Origin: Bacillota bacterium
GTDB taxonomy: Bacteria; Bacillota; Clostridia; Oscillospirales; Ruminococcaceae
Length of the DNA: 64,000 bases
Assembly: GCA_023412215.1 (NCBI GenBank)
Contig: JAEYNX010000016.1
Location: 15,101-79,100, forward strand
Reading direction: 5' to 3'
Within the stretch, counting starts at the first letter, position 1. The number at the start of each line of letters is the position of its first letter. This document shows, one piece after another, positions 49,630-61,884 of the stretch. The notes below the pieces were generated by a model. That model did no database searches, was not told where the DNA came from, and saw only the letters and a list, made by a program, of their open reading frames with translations. Position numbers and translations under genes: made by a program.

Positions 49630-51030
49630 TTAAAACTCACAAAGGCCGGTCGTGCGCGGAAAGGGCAACACATCACGAATGTTGGTAATGCCCGTAAGAT
49701 ACATCACCAGACGCTCAAAGCCGAGACCAAAGCCCGCGTGGCGGGTACCGCCGTATCTTCTGAGGTCAAGGTACCAGGAATAATCCTCCGCGTTAAGGCC
49801 CAGCTCATCCATCCTCGCGGTGAGCAGATCCAAACGCTCCTCACGCTGGCTGCCGCCGATCAGCTCGCCGATGCCGGGTACCAGCATGTCCATGGCGGCA
49901 ACGGTTCTGCCGTCATCGTTCTGACGCATATAGAAGGCCTTGATCTCCTTCGGGTAGTCGATGACGAACACCGGCTTTTTGAAAACCTGTTCGGTTAAAA
50001 ACCGTTCGTGCTCGGTTTGCAGGTCGCTGCCCCACGAAACCGGGTATTCAAAGCTTTGGTTGTTCTGCTCGAGCAGCTTGACCGCCTCGGTATAGGTTAC
50101 ACAGCCAAAGTCGGCGTTCACGAGGTTTGTAAGCCGCTCAATAAGCGCCTTGTCTTTATCGTAAAAATCATTAAAGAATTGCATCTCCTGTGGGCAGGTT
50201 TCAAGTACATAGGCAATAGCGAACTTCACCATGCGCTCGGCAAGGCGCATATCGTCCGTAAGGTCCGCAAACGCGATCTCCGGCTCAATCATCCAGAACT
50301 CCGCGGCATGGCGCGGGGTGTTGGAGTTTTCCGCGCGAAAGGTGGGGCCGAAGGTGTATACCTTGCCAAACGCGAGCGCCATGCACTCCGCCTCCAGCTG
50401 GCCGGATACGGTAAGGCCGGAGGCCTTGCCGAAGAAGTCCTGACTGAAATCCACGCTCCCCTGTTGCGTGAGCGGCGGCTGTTTCGCGTCGAGGGTGGTT
50501 ACGCGGAACATCTCACCCGCACCTTCACAGTCGCTGCCGGTGATGATGGGGGTGTGTGCGTAAACAAAGCCGTCCTCCTGAAAGAACTTGTGAATGGCGT
50601 ATGCCGCCGCTGAGCGAACCCGAAACGCTGCGCTGAAGGTGTTGGTGCGCGGGCGCAGGTGCTGCATCGTGCGCAAAAACTCTAAGCTATGGCGCTTTTT
50701 CTGCAGCGGGTAATCGGGGGTGGAACCGCCTTCTACCTCAACCGCCTCGGCGTGAATCTCCAGCGGCTGCTTGGCCTCCGGGGTAGGGATAACACGGCCC
50801 CGCACCACGATGGCGGAGCCTACATTGAGCTTTGTCACCTCTTTAAAGTTAGCTACCTTCGCTTCCTCCAGCACCACCTGCAGGTTATTAAAGCAGCTGC
50901 CGTCGTTTAATTCTATAAAGCACAGCGCCTTGGAGTCGCGCAGGGTTTTTACCCAGCCGCACACCGTAACCTGTTTTTCTGCAAAGCTTGCTGCCTCCGA
51001 AAACAATGCCTTTATCTCTATACGTTCCAT
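49630..51030 (-). CDS. asnS: Asparagine--tRNA ligase
   Basis: [43 protein letters not shown]. Confidence 0.97.
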   Translation of the reverse strand: MERIEIKALFSEAASFAEKQVTVCGWVKTLRDSKALCFIELNDGSCFNNLQVVLEEAKVANFKEVTKLNVGSAIVVRGRVIPTPEAKQPLEIHAEAVEVEGGSTPDYPLQKKRHSLEFLRTMQHLRPRTNTFSAAFRVRSAAAYAIHKFFQEDGFVYAHTPIITGSDCEGAGEMFRVTTLDAKQPPLTQQGSVDFSQDFFGKASGLTVSGQLEAECMALAFGKVYTFGPTFRAENSNTPRHAAEFWMIEPEIAFADLTDDMRLAERMVKFAIAYVLETCPQEMQFFNDFYDKDKALIERLTNLVNADFGCVTYTEAVKLLEQNNQSFEYPVSWGSDLQTEHERFLTEQVFKKPVFVIDYPKEIKAFYMRQNDDGRTVAAMDMLVPGIGELIGGSQREERLDLLTARMDELGLNAEDYSWYLDLRRYGGTRHAGFGLGFERLVMYLTGITNIRDVLPFPRTTGLCEF

Positions 51031-51072
51031 AGGATACCCTCCAAACCTTATATTCAGCTTTATAAATATACA

Positions 51073-51729
51073 CTATTCAAACGGGCGAAGCTCCCCGTCC
51101 AGCATCCCCGTGCGCAGCACCGCCACATGTCCAAAATAGCCCGGGTGCTGCTTTTCAAACGCCTTAAGAATCAATGATGGGTTTAACCCCTCGTTTACAC
51201 CCGACATCAGACGAAGAGCAACGATGGCCTTACCGTCCTCCGCCGTCACCGCTTCCTCGCCGATATAGTCTTTGAGATTCACCTCTTTAAAGCCCTTTTT
51301 GGTTTTCTTTTGGCTAAGTATCTCCGGCTGACGGATAAACGCCTGCCAGAGCGGGATAAACTCCGCTGGATTAACGTCGTGCACCGTAAGGCGGTACTGT
51401 GCGAAGGCGATGGCCTCCGTCTTGTTCTTTGGCTCTGCGGCGCGCAGCACCCGTATCTCGGGCGGAAGTGCCTCGTTTAAGCGCTGTATCAGCGCAGAAA
51501 GCGGGAACTCATCCTCCACAAGCTTGATATCCATCGTCTCACACTCACTCTCAAAGCCCAGCGAGAGCGGCATTGCGAAGGTCATGTAGATGTGCGGGTT
51601 AAACCCTTGGGTATACCAAGCAGGAATCTTCGCGCGTTTGAGCGAGCGCTGCATACAGCGCATCATATCAAGATGCGAGATATAAGCCGCGCGCCCTTTC
51701 TTGCTAAACCAGATTCTAACGCTGTTCAA
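51073..51729 (-). CDS. Radical SAM-associated protein (TIGR03936/DUF2344-like)
   Basis: F.K.G...YISHLD, YTQGFNPH, L.LG.ES; follows TIGR03960-type gene. Confidence 0.88.
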   Translation of the reverse strand: MNSVRIWFSKKGRAAYISHLDMMRCMQRSLKRAKIPAWYTQGFNPHIYMTFAMPLSLGFESECETMDIKLVEDEFPLSALIQRLNEALPPEIRVLRAAEPKNKTEAIAFAQYRLTVHDVNPAEFIPLWQAFIRQPEILSQKKTKKGFKEVNLKDYIGEEAVTAEDGKAIVALRLMSGVNEGLNPSLILKAFEKQHPGYFGHVAVLRTGMLDGELRPFE

Positions 51730-53569
51730 CGCATACACCCCTTCCTGCCTCGCTCGCGCCGCAGCCCGCACAGCGGATTCTGCAATGGGGTGTGGTGGCA
51801 TTTTGGTACGCCGCTTGATTCTCCCTTACCAAAAATGATTTTGAAAGATAGTAATCCAAGTGATCCCACGGCATCACCTCGTCGTAGGCCCTGGTGCGGT
51901 TGGCGTAAAAGGCGGGGTCAATCCCCAAATCCTTCATCACGCCCTCCCAGACCTCGTAATGAAAGCACTGCATCCAGCCGTCAAAGAAGCAGCCGCGGCG
52001 GTAGGCCTCCTCCAGTACCTTTCCCAGACGGCGGTCGCCGCGCGCCAGCACCGCCTCCAGCAGGCTGGTCTCCACACTGCTCCAGCTGACGGTTACCTTG
52101 CGCTTCGCCTTTACCGCCTCCAGCAGGGCGCGGTGTTTCTCTAAAATTGACTCACGGGTATCCTGCGGTTCAAACTCAAAGGGTGTAAAAGGCTTGGGCA
52201 CAAAGGTGGAGATGCTGGCGCTCACCGTTACCCCCTTGCCCTTCTGCCTCGTGGGCAGATCGTAGTAGAGGTCTACCACCTTCTGCGCAAGGTTGATGAT
52301 CCCCTCCACATCCTCCATCGTCTCAGTAGGCAGTCCCAGCATGAAATACAACTTCACACTGGTATACCCGCCCTCAAACGCGGTTTTACAGGTGGTTAGG
52401 ATATTCTCTTCGGTAATGTTTTTATTGATGACGTCGCGCAGGCGCTGGGTGCCCGCCTCGGGCGCAAAGGTAAGGCCGCTTTTGCGCACCTTCTTGATCT
52501 TTTCCATCAGTTCTTCCGAAAAATTATCGATGCGCAGGCTCGGTAAAGCCAAATTGATCTTGTCCTGGCTTGTCCAGTCTATCATCTCGCCCAAAAGCTC
52601 ACTCAGCTGCGAGTAATCGCTGGTGCTCAGGGAGGAGAGCGAAATCTCCTCGTAGCCGGTGCTCTCGCACAGGTTGTGAGCGTCACGGTTTAAGGTATCG
52701 TAGCCCTTTTCCCGCAGCGGACGGTAGATAAAACCGGCCTGGCAGAACCTGCACCCGCGCAGGCACCCGCGCATGACCTCGACCTGCGCGCGGTCAAACA
52801 CAATATCCACAAAAGGTACGACAAACTGCTCGGGGTAAAACACCTTGTCCAGGTCTTTGATGATCGCTTTTTTCACTTTTTTAGGTGCGCCCTCCGAGTT
52901 GATTACCTCGGCAATGGTACCGTTGGGGTGATAGTGCACCTCATAAAGAGAGGGAACGTACACGCCTTCTATCTGCGCCGCCTGCCTTAAAAAGGCCGCT
53001 TTGCTTATCCCTTGTTCCTTGGCCTTAATGTAGAGATCGGACAGGGCCAAGATATGCTCTTCGCCCTCACCGAGCATAAACAGGTCTATAAAATCCGCCA
53101 TCGGTTCGGGGTTGCAGGTGCAGGGGCCGCCCGCCACCACCAGCGGCGATAATTCTTTACGGTCACGCGCCTTGACGGGAACCCCCGCGAGATCGAGCAT
53201 ATTCAGCACATTGGTATAGCTGAGCTCATACTGAAGCGAGAAACCGATGATATTGAAATCCGCGATGGGGTCTAAACTCTCTAATCCATAGAGGGGAATA
53301 CCGTGCTCGCGCATCTTTTCCTGCATGTCGAGCCATGGCGTAAACACCCGTTCGCACCAGATGTCTTCCCTGCTGTTAAGCAGCGAGTACAATATCTTCA
53401 TGCCAAGATGCGACATTCCCACCTCATAGGTATCCGGGAAACAGAACGCAAAGCGAAGCTTGATAGGTTCAAGGCTTTTCACCACACTGCCAAGCTCGCC
53501 GCCGATATACCGCGCGGGCTTCTCCACCGAGGTAAGAAAGCTGTCGAGCTTATCTTTTAGCTGCATCAT
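51716..53569 (-). CDS. B12-binding radical SAM protein (TIGR03960-like)
   Basis: KPARYIGGE, FPDTYEVGMS, RGC.RGCRFCQAG, TFAPEAG. Confidence 0.92.
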   Translation of the reverse strand: MMQLKDKLDSFLTSVEKPARYIGGELGSVVKSLEPIKLRFAFCFPDTYEVGMSHLGMKILYSLLNSREDIWCERVFTPWLDMQEKMREHGIPLYGLESLDPIADFNIIGFSLQYELSYTNVLNMLDLAGVPVKARDRKELSPLVVAGGPCTCNPEPMADFIDLFMLGEGEEHILALSDLYIKAKEQGISKAAFLRQAAQIEGVYVPSLYEVHYHPNGTIAEVINSEGAPKKVKKAIIKDLDKVFYPEQFVVPFVDIVFDRAQVEVMRGCLRGCRFCQAGFIYRPLREKGYDTLNRDAHNLCESTGYEEISLSSLSTSDYSQLSELLGEMIDWTSQDKINLALPSLRIDNFSEELMEKIKKVRKSGLTFAPEAGTQRLRDVINKNITEENILTTCKTAFEGGYTSVKLYFMLGLPTETMEDVEGIINLAQKVVDLYYDLPTRQKGKGVTVSASISTFVPKPFTPFEFEPQDTRESILEKHRALLEAVKAKRKVTVSWSSVETSLLEAVLARGDRRLGKVLEEAYRRGCFFDGWMQCFHYEVWEGVMKDLGIDPAFYANRTRAYDEVMPWDHLDYYLSKSFLVRENQAAYQNATTPHCRIRCAGCGASEAGRGVCVEQR

Positions 53570-53613
53570 AGATTAGTCCTTTCAAACGGGGCAATTGATT
53601 TTGCTGGTCATTA

Positions 53614-53768
53614 TACTAAATTTCATACGCCACTATAAACGGCATATGCGGCTTTTAGCCGCCGAATTACCGTTCAATACTCGTTCTGCAACGACGTAAA
53701 GGGTTGTTGCTTCCTGCCAAAGGCGGGGAGATTAAAAAAGTGATCACTTTTTTAATGAAGAATTAGTA
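53614..53768 (+). mobile_element. MITE-like multi-hairpin repeat, copy C
   Basis: TTA|TACTAAATTTCAT...GAAGAATTAGTA|TTA; lacks the first hairpin module. Confidence 0.82.
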
Positions 53769-53780
53769 TTACAATACCAT

Positions 53781-53809
53781 ATCATACCGCAATATACACC
53801 GCAATACAA
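53781..53809 (-). promoter_or_regulatory. sigma-A promoter of the radical SAM-asnS unit, between repeat copies C and D
   Basis: TTGTAT-N17-TATGAT on the minus strand. Confidence 0.5.
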
Positions 53810-53827
53810 CATACAAACGCACGGTTA

Positions 53828-54008
53828 TACTATATTCGATTTAAAAAGGGGAAACAATCCCCTTTTCAAACACGTTGTTATGGCACAAATGGTGTAATGG
53901 CTTTTAGCCGCCGAATTACCTTTCAATACCCGTTCTGCAACAACTTAAAGTGCTGTTGCGCCCTACCAAAAGAGGCTAAAAAGGTGATGACATCACTTTT
54001 AATTATTA
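53828..54008 (+). mobile_element. MITE-like multi-hairpin repeat, copy D (degenerate; right end overlaps spoIVFB stop)
   Basis: TTA|TACTATATTCGATTT...GGCTTTTAGCCGCCGAATTACCTTTCAATACCCGTTCTGCAACAAC...AATTATTA. Confidence 0.75.
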
Positions 54009-54614
54009 TAGCGTGATGCGTTGCTGCTTGGGTTTAAAACTGAGCAGCAGCCCTATAAGCAGGAACAGTGATACAACGAGCAGCGAGAAGTTGCTTTTCG
54101 TCACCACCAGCAGCATAATGCCTGATGTAAGCAAAGGTACCAGCACAACGAGAGAAATAACCAGCGAGACGATACCTCCCGTTTTGGCACCCCAAAAATG
54201 TGTACACAACAGGCTTACCACCCGCCCGCCGTCGAGTGAACCCACCGGCAGCAGGTTAAATACGCCGATTGTAAGGTTTACGGCCGCGATGAGCGATACC
54301 ACCGGCAGCGCCGAGCTTTGGCATAAAAAAAACAAAAAGATATTGACAAACGGCCCGGCAAGCAGCGTGATAATCTCTTCGTGCAAAAGCAGAGTATCGG
54401 TTTTTACAATCCGCACCCCAAAGGCCTCAAAGCTTACGGACATGACGTCGCCCTTAAAAAGAAGCATTGCCAGCAGGTGCGCAAGCTCATGCGCGGCGGA
54501 GGAGAGAAACGCGCACAGCACCACGCCGGTGCGGTCTACCACCAGCAGCACCGCCAGCACCGCCACAAACAAAAACTTTACCTCAACCCGCACCCCGCAA
54601 AACTGAAAGCTCAT
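54006..54614 (-). CDS. spoIVFB: Site-2 protease, peptidase M50 (SpoIVFB-like)
   Basis: HELAH, AGP..N, FNLLP...LDGGR; coupled to an upstream M23 gene. Confidence 0.75.
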   Translation of the reverse strand: MSFQFCGVRVEVKFLFVAVLAVLLVVDRTGVVLCAFLSSAAHELAHLLAMLLFKGDVMSVSFEAFGVRIVKTDTLLLHEEIITLLAGPFVNIFLFFLCQSSALPVVSLIAAVNLTIGVFNLLPVGSLDGGRVVSLLCTHFWGAKTGGIVSLVISLVVLVPLLTSGIMLLVVTKSNFSLLVVSLFLLIGLLLSFKPKQQRITL

Positions 54615-55423
54615 ACCACACCATCCTTGTCAAACACCCACATCGGGTCGGCGGCGATGCCGTTCTTTCTCATCTCAAAATGCAGGTGCGGGCCGGTGGC
54701 CACGCCGGTGCTGCCTACCAAGGCCAGTATTTCACCGCGCTTGATTCGGGCGCCTTTGGGCGCTAAAATTTTATCGCAGTGACAGTATACGGTTTCAAAG
54801 CCGCCTCCGTGGTCCAATATCACCACATTACCGTAGATATCTGAAAAGCTTATTTCCTTTACAGTGCCACCGACAGCCGCCATTATCCTTGTCCCTTTCG
54901 GGGCAGCGATGTCGATGCCTGTATGAAAATCGGGCTTGCCGGTTACAGGGTGGGTACGATAGCCGAACTTACAGGATACGCCGCCGCCCTCTATCGGAAA
55001 GGTGACACCGGCAAGCACCAAGATGGGCGACAGGGTTGTGCCTTTGGGGGCCTTTAGACGTTTAACGCCATCAAAAGAAAAAACAGGCATCTCTCCACCC
55101 ATGCCTGTTTCTTCTTTTTGCGTGCCGTCTAAAAAGGAGAAGGTTTTGCTGACGGCATTTTCTATTGAGTCGAGGTTTTCACTAAGCACCTTGCCGGTAA
55201 AGCTTTCTCGTATGATCTCGTTATAGGATTGTTTAAGGGTATCGTAAGCGTCTGCGCCAAACTGTTTTACCGCAACCACCGAAAGCAGGATGAGCACACA
55301 CAAAAACAGCTGCAAAGTCAGTATCTTTACGTAGCTTCCGCTGATATTCGTTTTTTCCTTCTGGCTTGCCTTCACGGCTCTGCTGCGGTACTCAGACCTC
55401 GTTAACTCCGACATCTCCGTCAC
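54611..55423 (-). CDS. M23 family metallopeptidase with N-terminal TM (SpoIVFA-like position)
   Basis: HTGID, Y.H, G..TGPHLHFE; upstream of spoIVFB-like gene. Confidence 0.85.
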   Translation of the reverse strand: MTEMSELTRSEYRSRAVKASQKEKTNISGSYVKILTLQLFLCVLILLSVVAVKQFGADAYDTLKQSYNEIIRESFTGKVLSENLDSIENAVSKTFSFLDGTQKEETGMGGEMPVFSFDGVKRLKAPKGTTLSPILVLAGVTFPIEGGGVSCKFGYRTHPVTGKPDFHTGIDIAAPKGTRIMAAVGGTVKEISFSDIYGNVVILDHGGGFETVYCHCDKILAPKGARIKRGEILALVGSTGVATGPHLHFEMRKNGIAADPMWVFDKDGVV

Positions 55424-55434
55424 TCCTCTGAAGA

Positions 55435-55464
55435 TAGTATATTCCGAACGGTGTCAAAAAATAA
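55435..55464 (-). promoter_or_regulatory. Putative sigma-E promoter of the M23-spoIVFB pair
   Basis: TTATT-N15-GAATATACT on the minus strand. Confidence 0.4.
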
Positions 55465-55502
55465 CTCGGCTGGTTTATAAACGATTTAATAAAAAACGGC
55501 TT

Positions 55503-56939
55503 TTAATTCTTTTCGATAATGAAGAGTAGAATCTCACGTAAAACCGCGGGGTTGCCCTGACCCTTGGAGGCGCGCATGCACTGCCCCACCAAAAAACCCA
55601 GTACATTGGTCTTGCCCTTTTTATAATCCTCAATGGACTTTTGGTTGCCTTTAACCACCTCTTCGGCGATGGACTGCAGCGCCGAGGTGTCGCTGATCTG
55701 GGCTAATCCTTTTTCGCTTACCACCTGCTTAGGCGAGATGTCGTGATCGATGATAACCTCCAGCACCGTTTTGCCTGCGGTGTTGGAGATCGTCCCCTTT
55801 TCAATGAGCGCAATCATGGCGGTAAGGTTTTGCGCGGTAAGCTTGGTTGCCGAAAGCTCACAGCCGCGCTCGTTAAGGATGCGCGATACATCCCCCAAAA
55901 GCCAATTGAGGATATTCTTAGCTTCACACACCTTAAGCGCCACACAGGCCTCAAAAAAGCGGGCCTTTTCTATGTTCTCCACCAGCAGCCCGGCCTCAAA
56001 CTCCGGCAGTGCATACTCGGCAATATAGCGCATCTGCTTTTTGTTGGGCAGCTCCGGAATGCTGTCTTTTAACCACTGCAGGGTCTCTTCATTCACAACA
56101 ATGGTACCCAAATCCGGCTCCGGGAAGTAGCGATAGTCCATCGCGTCCTCCTTGCTGCGCAGGATAAAGTTCTTTCCCTTTACATCGTCCCAGCGGCGGG
56201 TCTCCTGAAAGATTTCCTCGCCCTTTTCAAGTGCTTCTATCTGCCGCTGCGCCTCGTACTCGATGGCGCGCACCGTGCCGCTGAAGCCGTTGACGTTCTT
56301 CATCTCCACCCTCGTGCCGAACCTATCGGAGCCCTTCGGCATTACCGAAACATTGACGTCGCAGCGGATGGAGCCCTCCTGCATCTTACAGTCGGAGATA
56401 TCCAGGTACTGCAGGATGGAACGGATGGTATCGAGATACGCCTTCGCCTCCGCCGAGCTGCGCATATCCGGCTCCGAAACGATCTCGATCAGCGGCACAC
56501 CGCAGCGGTTAAAGTCTACCAAAGAGCCAGAAAAGCTGTCGTCATGCAGCAGCTTGCCCGCGTCCTCCTCAATGTGTATCCGCGTCACGCCGATGCGCTT
56601 GTGGCTTCCGTTTACCAGCACATCCACATACCCGTGCTCGCACAGCGGGATGTCATACTGCGAAATCTGGTACGCCTTGGGCAGATCGGGGTAAAAATAG
56701 CTTTTCCGGTCCTGCTTGCAGACGTTGTTGATGGTGCAGTTTAAGGCGTAGCCCATCTTTACGGCCGACTCCACCACCTGCTTGTTGAGCGTGGGCAGCG
56801 TGCCGGGCATACCGGTGCATTTGGGGCAGATGTTGGTGTTCACCTCGCCGCCAAACGCATTTTTGCAGGAACAATATATCTTGGTTTTGGTGTTGAGCTC
56901 GGCATGAACCTCGAGCCCCACCACTACTTCGTATTCCAT
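55503..56939 (-). CDS. gatB: Asp/Glu-tRNA amidotransferase subunit B
   Basis: GLEVHAEL, YFYPDLPK.YQISQ, EEDAGK, YRYFPEPDL. Confidence 0.97.
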   Translation of the reverse strand: MEYEVVVGLEVHAELNTKTKIYCSCKNAFGGEVNTNICPKCTGMPGTLPTLNKQVVESAVKMGYALNCTINNVCKQDRKSYFYPDLPKAYQISQYDIPLCEHGYVDVLVNGSHKRIGVTRIHIEEDAGKLLHDDSFSGSLVDFNRCGVPLIEIVSEPDMRSSAEAKAYLDTIRSILQYLDISDCKMQEGSIRCDVNVSVMPKGSDRFGTRVEMKNVNGFSGTVRAIEYEAQRQIEALEKGEEIFQETRRWDDVKGKNFILRSKEDAMDYRYFPEPDLGTIVVNEETLQWLKDSIPELPNKKQMRYIAEYALPEFEAGLLVENIEKARFFEACVALKVCEAKNILNWLLGDVSRILNERGCELSATKLTAQNLTAMIALIEKGTISNTAGKTVLEVIIDHDISPKQVVSEKGLAQISDTSALQSIAEEVVKGNQKSIEDYKKGKTNVLGFLVGQCMRASKGQGNPAVLREILLFIIEKN

Positions 56940-57000
56940 AAACATCCTCTTTTCTCAGGGCATAAACTTAACGGTTGTTGCCGCCCTGCAATACAGGCCT

Positions 57001-58476
57001 TTATGCCCGCACATTTACAACCTTTTGCGCACCGCCCGAAAGCGCCTCATAAAACGCAGCCACCTCAAAAAGCTGCTGCTCGGAGAATTTGGCGCCGATA
57101 ATCTGCATCCCCACCGGCAGGCCCTTTAAATCCCTGCCGCAGGGCACCGAAATCGCGGGCAGCCCCGCGATATTTACCGTAACCGTACAGATATCGGAGG
57201 CATACATCTTTACCGGGTCACTTACCTTTTCGCCGAGCTTAAAGGCAGTATCCGGGGCCGTGGGGGTAATGATCACATCACAATCCTGAAATGCGCCCTC
57301 AAACTCCTGTGCAATGCGCTTCTGGAACAGCTTGGCCTTTTTATAGTAGGCATCGTAGTAGCCGGAGCTTAACACAAAGGTACCGAGCATAATACGGCGC
57401 TTCACCTCGTCGCCAAAACCCTCGCTGCGTGTCTTCTCGTACATATTGATCAGGCTTTCAAACCCTTCGGCGCGGTAGCCGTATTTAACGCCGTCAAACC
57501 GCGCAAGATTGGAGGAAGCCTCTGCCGAAGAGATAATATAATAGGCCGAAAGGGCGTTGTCGGTGCTGGGCAGCGAAATCTGCTTTATCGTCGCACCCGC
57601 CTTTTCCAGCTCGGCTACCGCAGCAGTAACGGCCTGCTTAACCTCCGCATCTACGCCGTCGCCGAAATACTCTTTAGGTAGGCCGATCTTAAGCCCTCGG
57701 ATATCCTTGCACTGCGCCGAAAAGGCCGAATATTCCCGTGGAACACTGGTTGCATCGTTCTCATCTTTTCCGCAAAGAGCGCTGTATAACAGGGCTACAT
57801 CCTCTACACTTCTTCCCATCGGGCCGATCTGGTCCAGCGACGAGGCAAAGGCTACCAGCCCGTAACGCGAAACACTGCCGTATGTAGGCTTTAAGCCCAC
57901 AATACCGCAGTAGGCCGCGGGCATGCGGATAGACCCGCCGGTATCCGATCCCAGCGCCAAAAAGGCCTCGCCCGCCGCTACCGCCGCCGCCGAACCGCCG
58001 GAGGAACCGCCGGGGATTCGGGTGAGGTCACAGGGGTTCTTGGTCTTTTTAAAGTAGGAGTTTTCACAGGATGAGCCCATCGCAAACTCATCCATATTCA
58101 GTTTACCGGTAAACACCGCGTCCTGCTGTGCGAGCTTTTCAATGACCGTGGCGTTATAGGGTGGCACAAAGTTATAAAGCATCTTGGAGGCACAGGTGGT
58201 GAGCACTCCCTTGGTGCAGATGTTATCCTTAATGCCGATGGGTATCCCCGCAAGCGGCGAGAGGCTCTCCCCTTTCGCGCGCTTTTCGTCAACCTCTTTG
58301 GCCTTTTGTAACGCTTCATCCTTTGTCAGGGTCAGATAGGCCTCAACCTTATCCTCGACCTCTTCTATCCGATTAAAAACCGACTGCGCCGCTTCCACCG
58401 CCGAGCATTTTTTACCGGCAAGCTTGCGTGAAAGCTCCGCCGCCGTTAGTTCACAAAGATTCATTGCCTCCGCCAT
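57001..58476 (-). CDS. gatA: Asp/Glu-tRNA amidotransferase subunit A
   Basis: [27 protein letters not shown] amidase signature. Confidence 0.97.
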   Translation of the reverse strand: MAEAMNLCELTAAELSRKLAGKKCSAVEAAQSVFNRIEEVEDKVEAYLTLTKDEALQKAKEVDEKRAKGESLSPLAGIPIGIKDNICTKGVLTTCASKMLYNFVPPYNATVIEKLAQQDAVFTGKLNMDEFAMGSSCENSYFKKTKNPCDLTRIPGGSSGGSAAAVAAGEAFLALGSDTGGSIRMPAAYCGIVGLKPTYGSVSRYGLVAFASSLDQIGPMGRSVEDVALLYSALCGKDENDATSVPREYSAFSAQCKDIRGLKIGLPKEYFGDGVDAEVKQAVTAAVAELEKAGATIKQISLPSTDNALSAYYIISSAEASSNLARFDGVKYGYRAEGFESLINMYEKTRSEGFGDEVKRRIMLGTFVLSSGYYDAYYKKAKLFQKRIAQEFEGAFQDCDVIITPTAPDTAFKLGEKVSDPVKMYASDICTVTVNIAGLPAISVPCGRDLKGLPVGMQIIGAKFSEQQLFEVAAFYEALSGGAQKVVNVRA

Positions 58477-58576
58477 TTCTCCGCGCGACTATTCTTGCAT
58501 TCCTATGCTTTAAACGTTCTATTGCCAAACCATCCCGCGCGGACGATCCTTGGCAGAAACGGGCGGGATGTAGCTA

Positions 58577-58849
58577 CTACTCCTCCACCACTTTGGGCAC
58601 CACATAACAGCCCGCCTCAACCTGCGGTGCATTTTGCAGCATCTCGGCGCGCTTGATGGACGCCCCTATTTCATCCTCCCGCAGCGCCATGGGGTTGTTG
58701 CGGTCCAGCGTAAGGGTCAGGTCAGAGACATCGGGCAGCTTGTCTACCATATCCACGATATTCTGCATATCCTTTTCAAATTTCGGTATATCCTCTTCGC
58801 TGATTCTAAGCCGTGAGAGCTTAGCGACCTTTTTAATGTCGATGTTCAT
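58577..58849 (-). CDS. gatC: Asp/Glu-tRNA amidotransferase subunit C
   Basis: VAKLSRL, LRED, NAP, VPKVVE. Confidence 0.93.
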   Translation of the reverse strand: MNIDIKKVAKLSRLRISEEDIPKFEKDMQNIVDMVDKLPDVSDLTLTLDRNNPMALREDEIGASIKRAEMLQNAPQVEAGCYVVPKVVEE

Positions 58850-58892
58850 AAATATCCTCCTAAAACCTAAGCATCTATCTATTGCGGCGAGG

Positions 58893-60887
<1,995 letters not shown>

Positions 60888-60974
60888 TTAATACGTTTAT
60901 ATTCTTTGGATAAGTATTGGTCTATCCCACCCAAATATATAGTTTAGTATATCATATTTTCAGCCAATTTTAAA

Positions 60975-61652
60975 TTAATTTTCTCCGGCATAGTCGTTAA
61001 TTTTTGAGATGGTTGAGGACTCGTCGTCGTTTACATTGGTAAATGAATCGGGCACCTTCCCGACGATAATGGTATCGACAATCAAGAAATTGCAGGGCAC
61101 CACTACCTTGCTGGAGGTGCCTGCGATGATAGCGGTTACGGTTACGGTTATGTTGAGCAGTATTTGATGCCGTGTTTGGTTAATGCCCGCCGCCTCAAAG
61201 GTGTGCGAAAGCTCGGTAGTGACCTCGCCGGTTGGTACAATCTTAAAAGGCAACTGCGGTCCCCGCCCCATAAAGGCCTGTGCACCCAATAATGTGCCCA
61301 GATTCACCTTGATTTCACTGCTTTGCATATCTGAAAGCTTTGCAAGTATGGCAGTAGAAAGACGAGATTTTAGGATATTCACTGCCATAGAATTGGTTTG
61401 TATCGCTGTGATTTCCCCTGAGTTGTTGGTTGAAACCACCACGATATCATTGTACCGTACGCCGTCGGTCTGCAGTTCATCGGTGACCGCCTCGTTGATC
61501 ATACGGGTAGAGAGGATTTTGGCTTCGTACTCTGAGAAGGTTTTGATAACAGGACGCATCCTTATGTCGCAGATAATCAAAACGGCAACGACTATCGCGA
61601 GCACAATCAGTATCCTAAGTTCTATTCTTTGCCACTTATCCATCCTGCGCAT
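60975..61652 (-). CDS. yunB: Sporulation protein YunB
   Basis: N-terminal TM, LG.L.G......GP, F..AGINQTRH, IIVG.VP. Confidence 0.9.
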   Translation of the reverse strand: MRRMDKWQRIELRILIVLAIVVAVLIICDIRMRPVIKTFSEYEAKILSTRMINEAVTDELQTDGVRYNDIVVVSTNNSGEITAIQTNSMAVNILKSRLSTAILAKLSDMQSSEIKVNLGTLLGAQAFMGRGPQLPFKIVPTGEVTTELSHTFEAAGINQTRHQILLNITVTVTAIIAGTSSKVVVPCNFLIVDTIIVGKVPDSFTNVNDDESSTISKINDYAGEN

Positions 61653-61771
61653 CCGTTCCACCCGGCCTTTCAAAGGGATACTTGTTCGGAGATATAAAAA
61701 CACCCAAACGCCATGTTTTACTTAAAAATCAGTGCGATATTGTGTTCATTGAAATAAAAAACCTCAATTAT

Positions 61772-61799
61772 ATATATTCGCTAGAGCTGCATTTTGTGA
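61772..61799 (-). promoter_or_regulatory. Putative sigma-E promoter of yunB
   Basis: TCACA-N15-GAATATAT on the minus strand. Confidence 0.45.
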
Positions 61800-61818
61800 T
61801 AAGCCGCAAAAAATGAAA

Positions 61819-61851
61819 GCAGCCGCAGGTTCCTTAAAACCATGCGGCTGC
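61819..61851 (-). terminator. Hairpin after pfkA
   Basis: GCAGCCGCA / TGCGGCTGC. Confidence 0.6.
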
Positions 61852-61884
61852 ATATTTCATGCTTACTAGCCCGTAAAATAAAGT

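Noticed and set aside
53614..54008. CRISPR array interpretation of adjacent repeats C and D
   Set aside because: Units are 155-180 bp, divergent and dispersed elsewhere; no regular spacers and no cas genes.
49630..58849. Coexistence of asnS and gatCAB
   Set aside because: Common in Firmicutes, where GatCAB is typically needed for Gln-tRNA formation.
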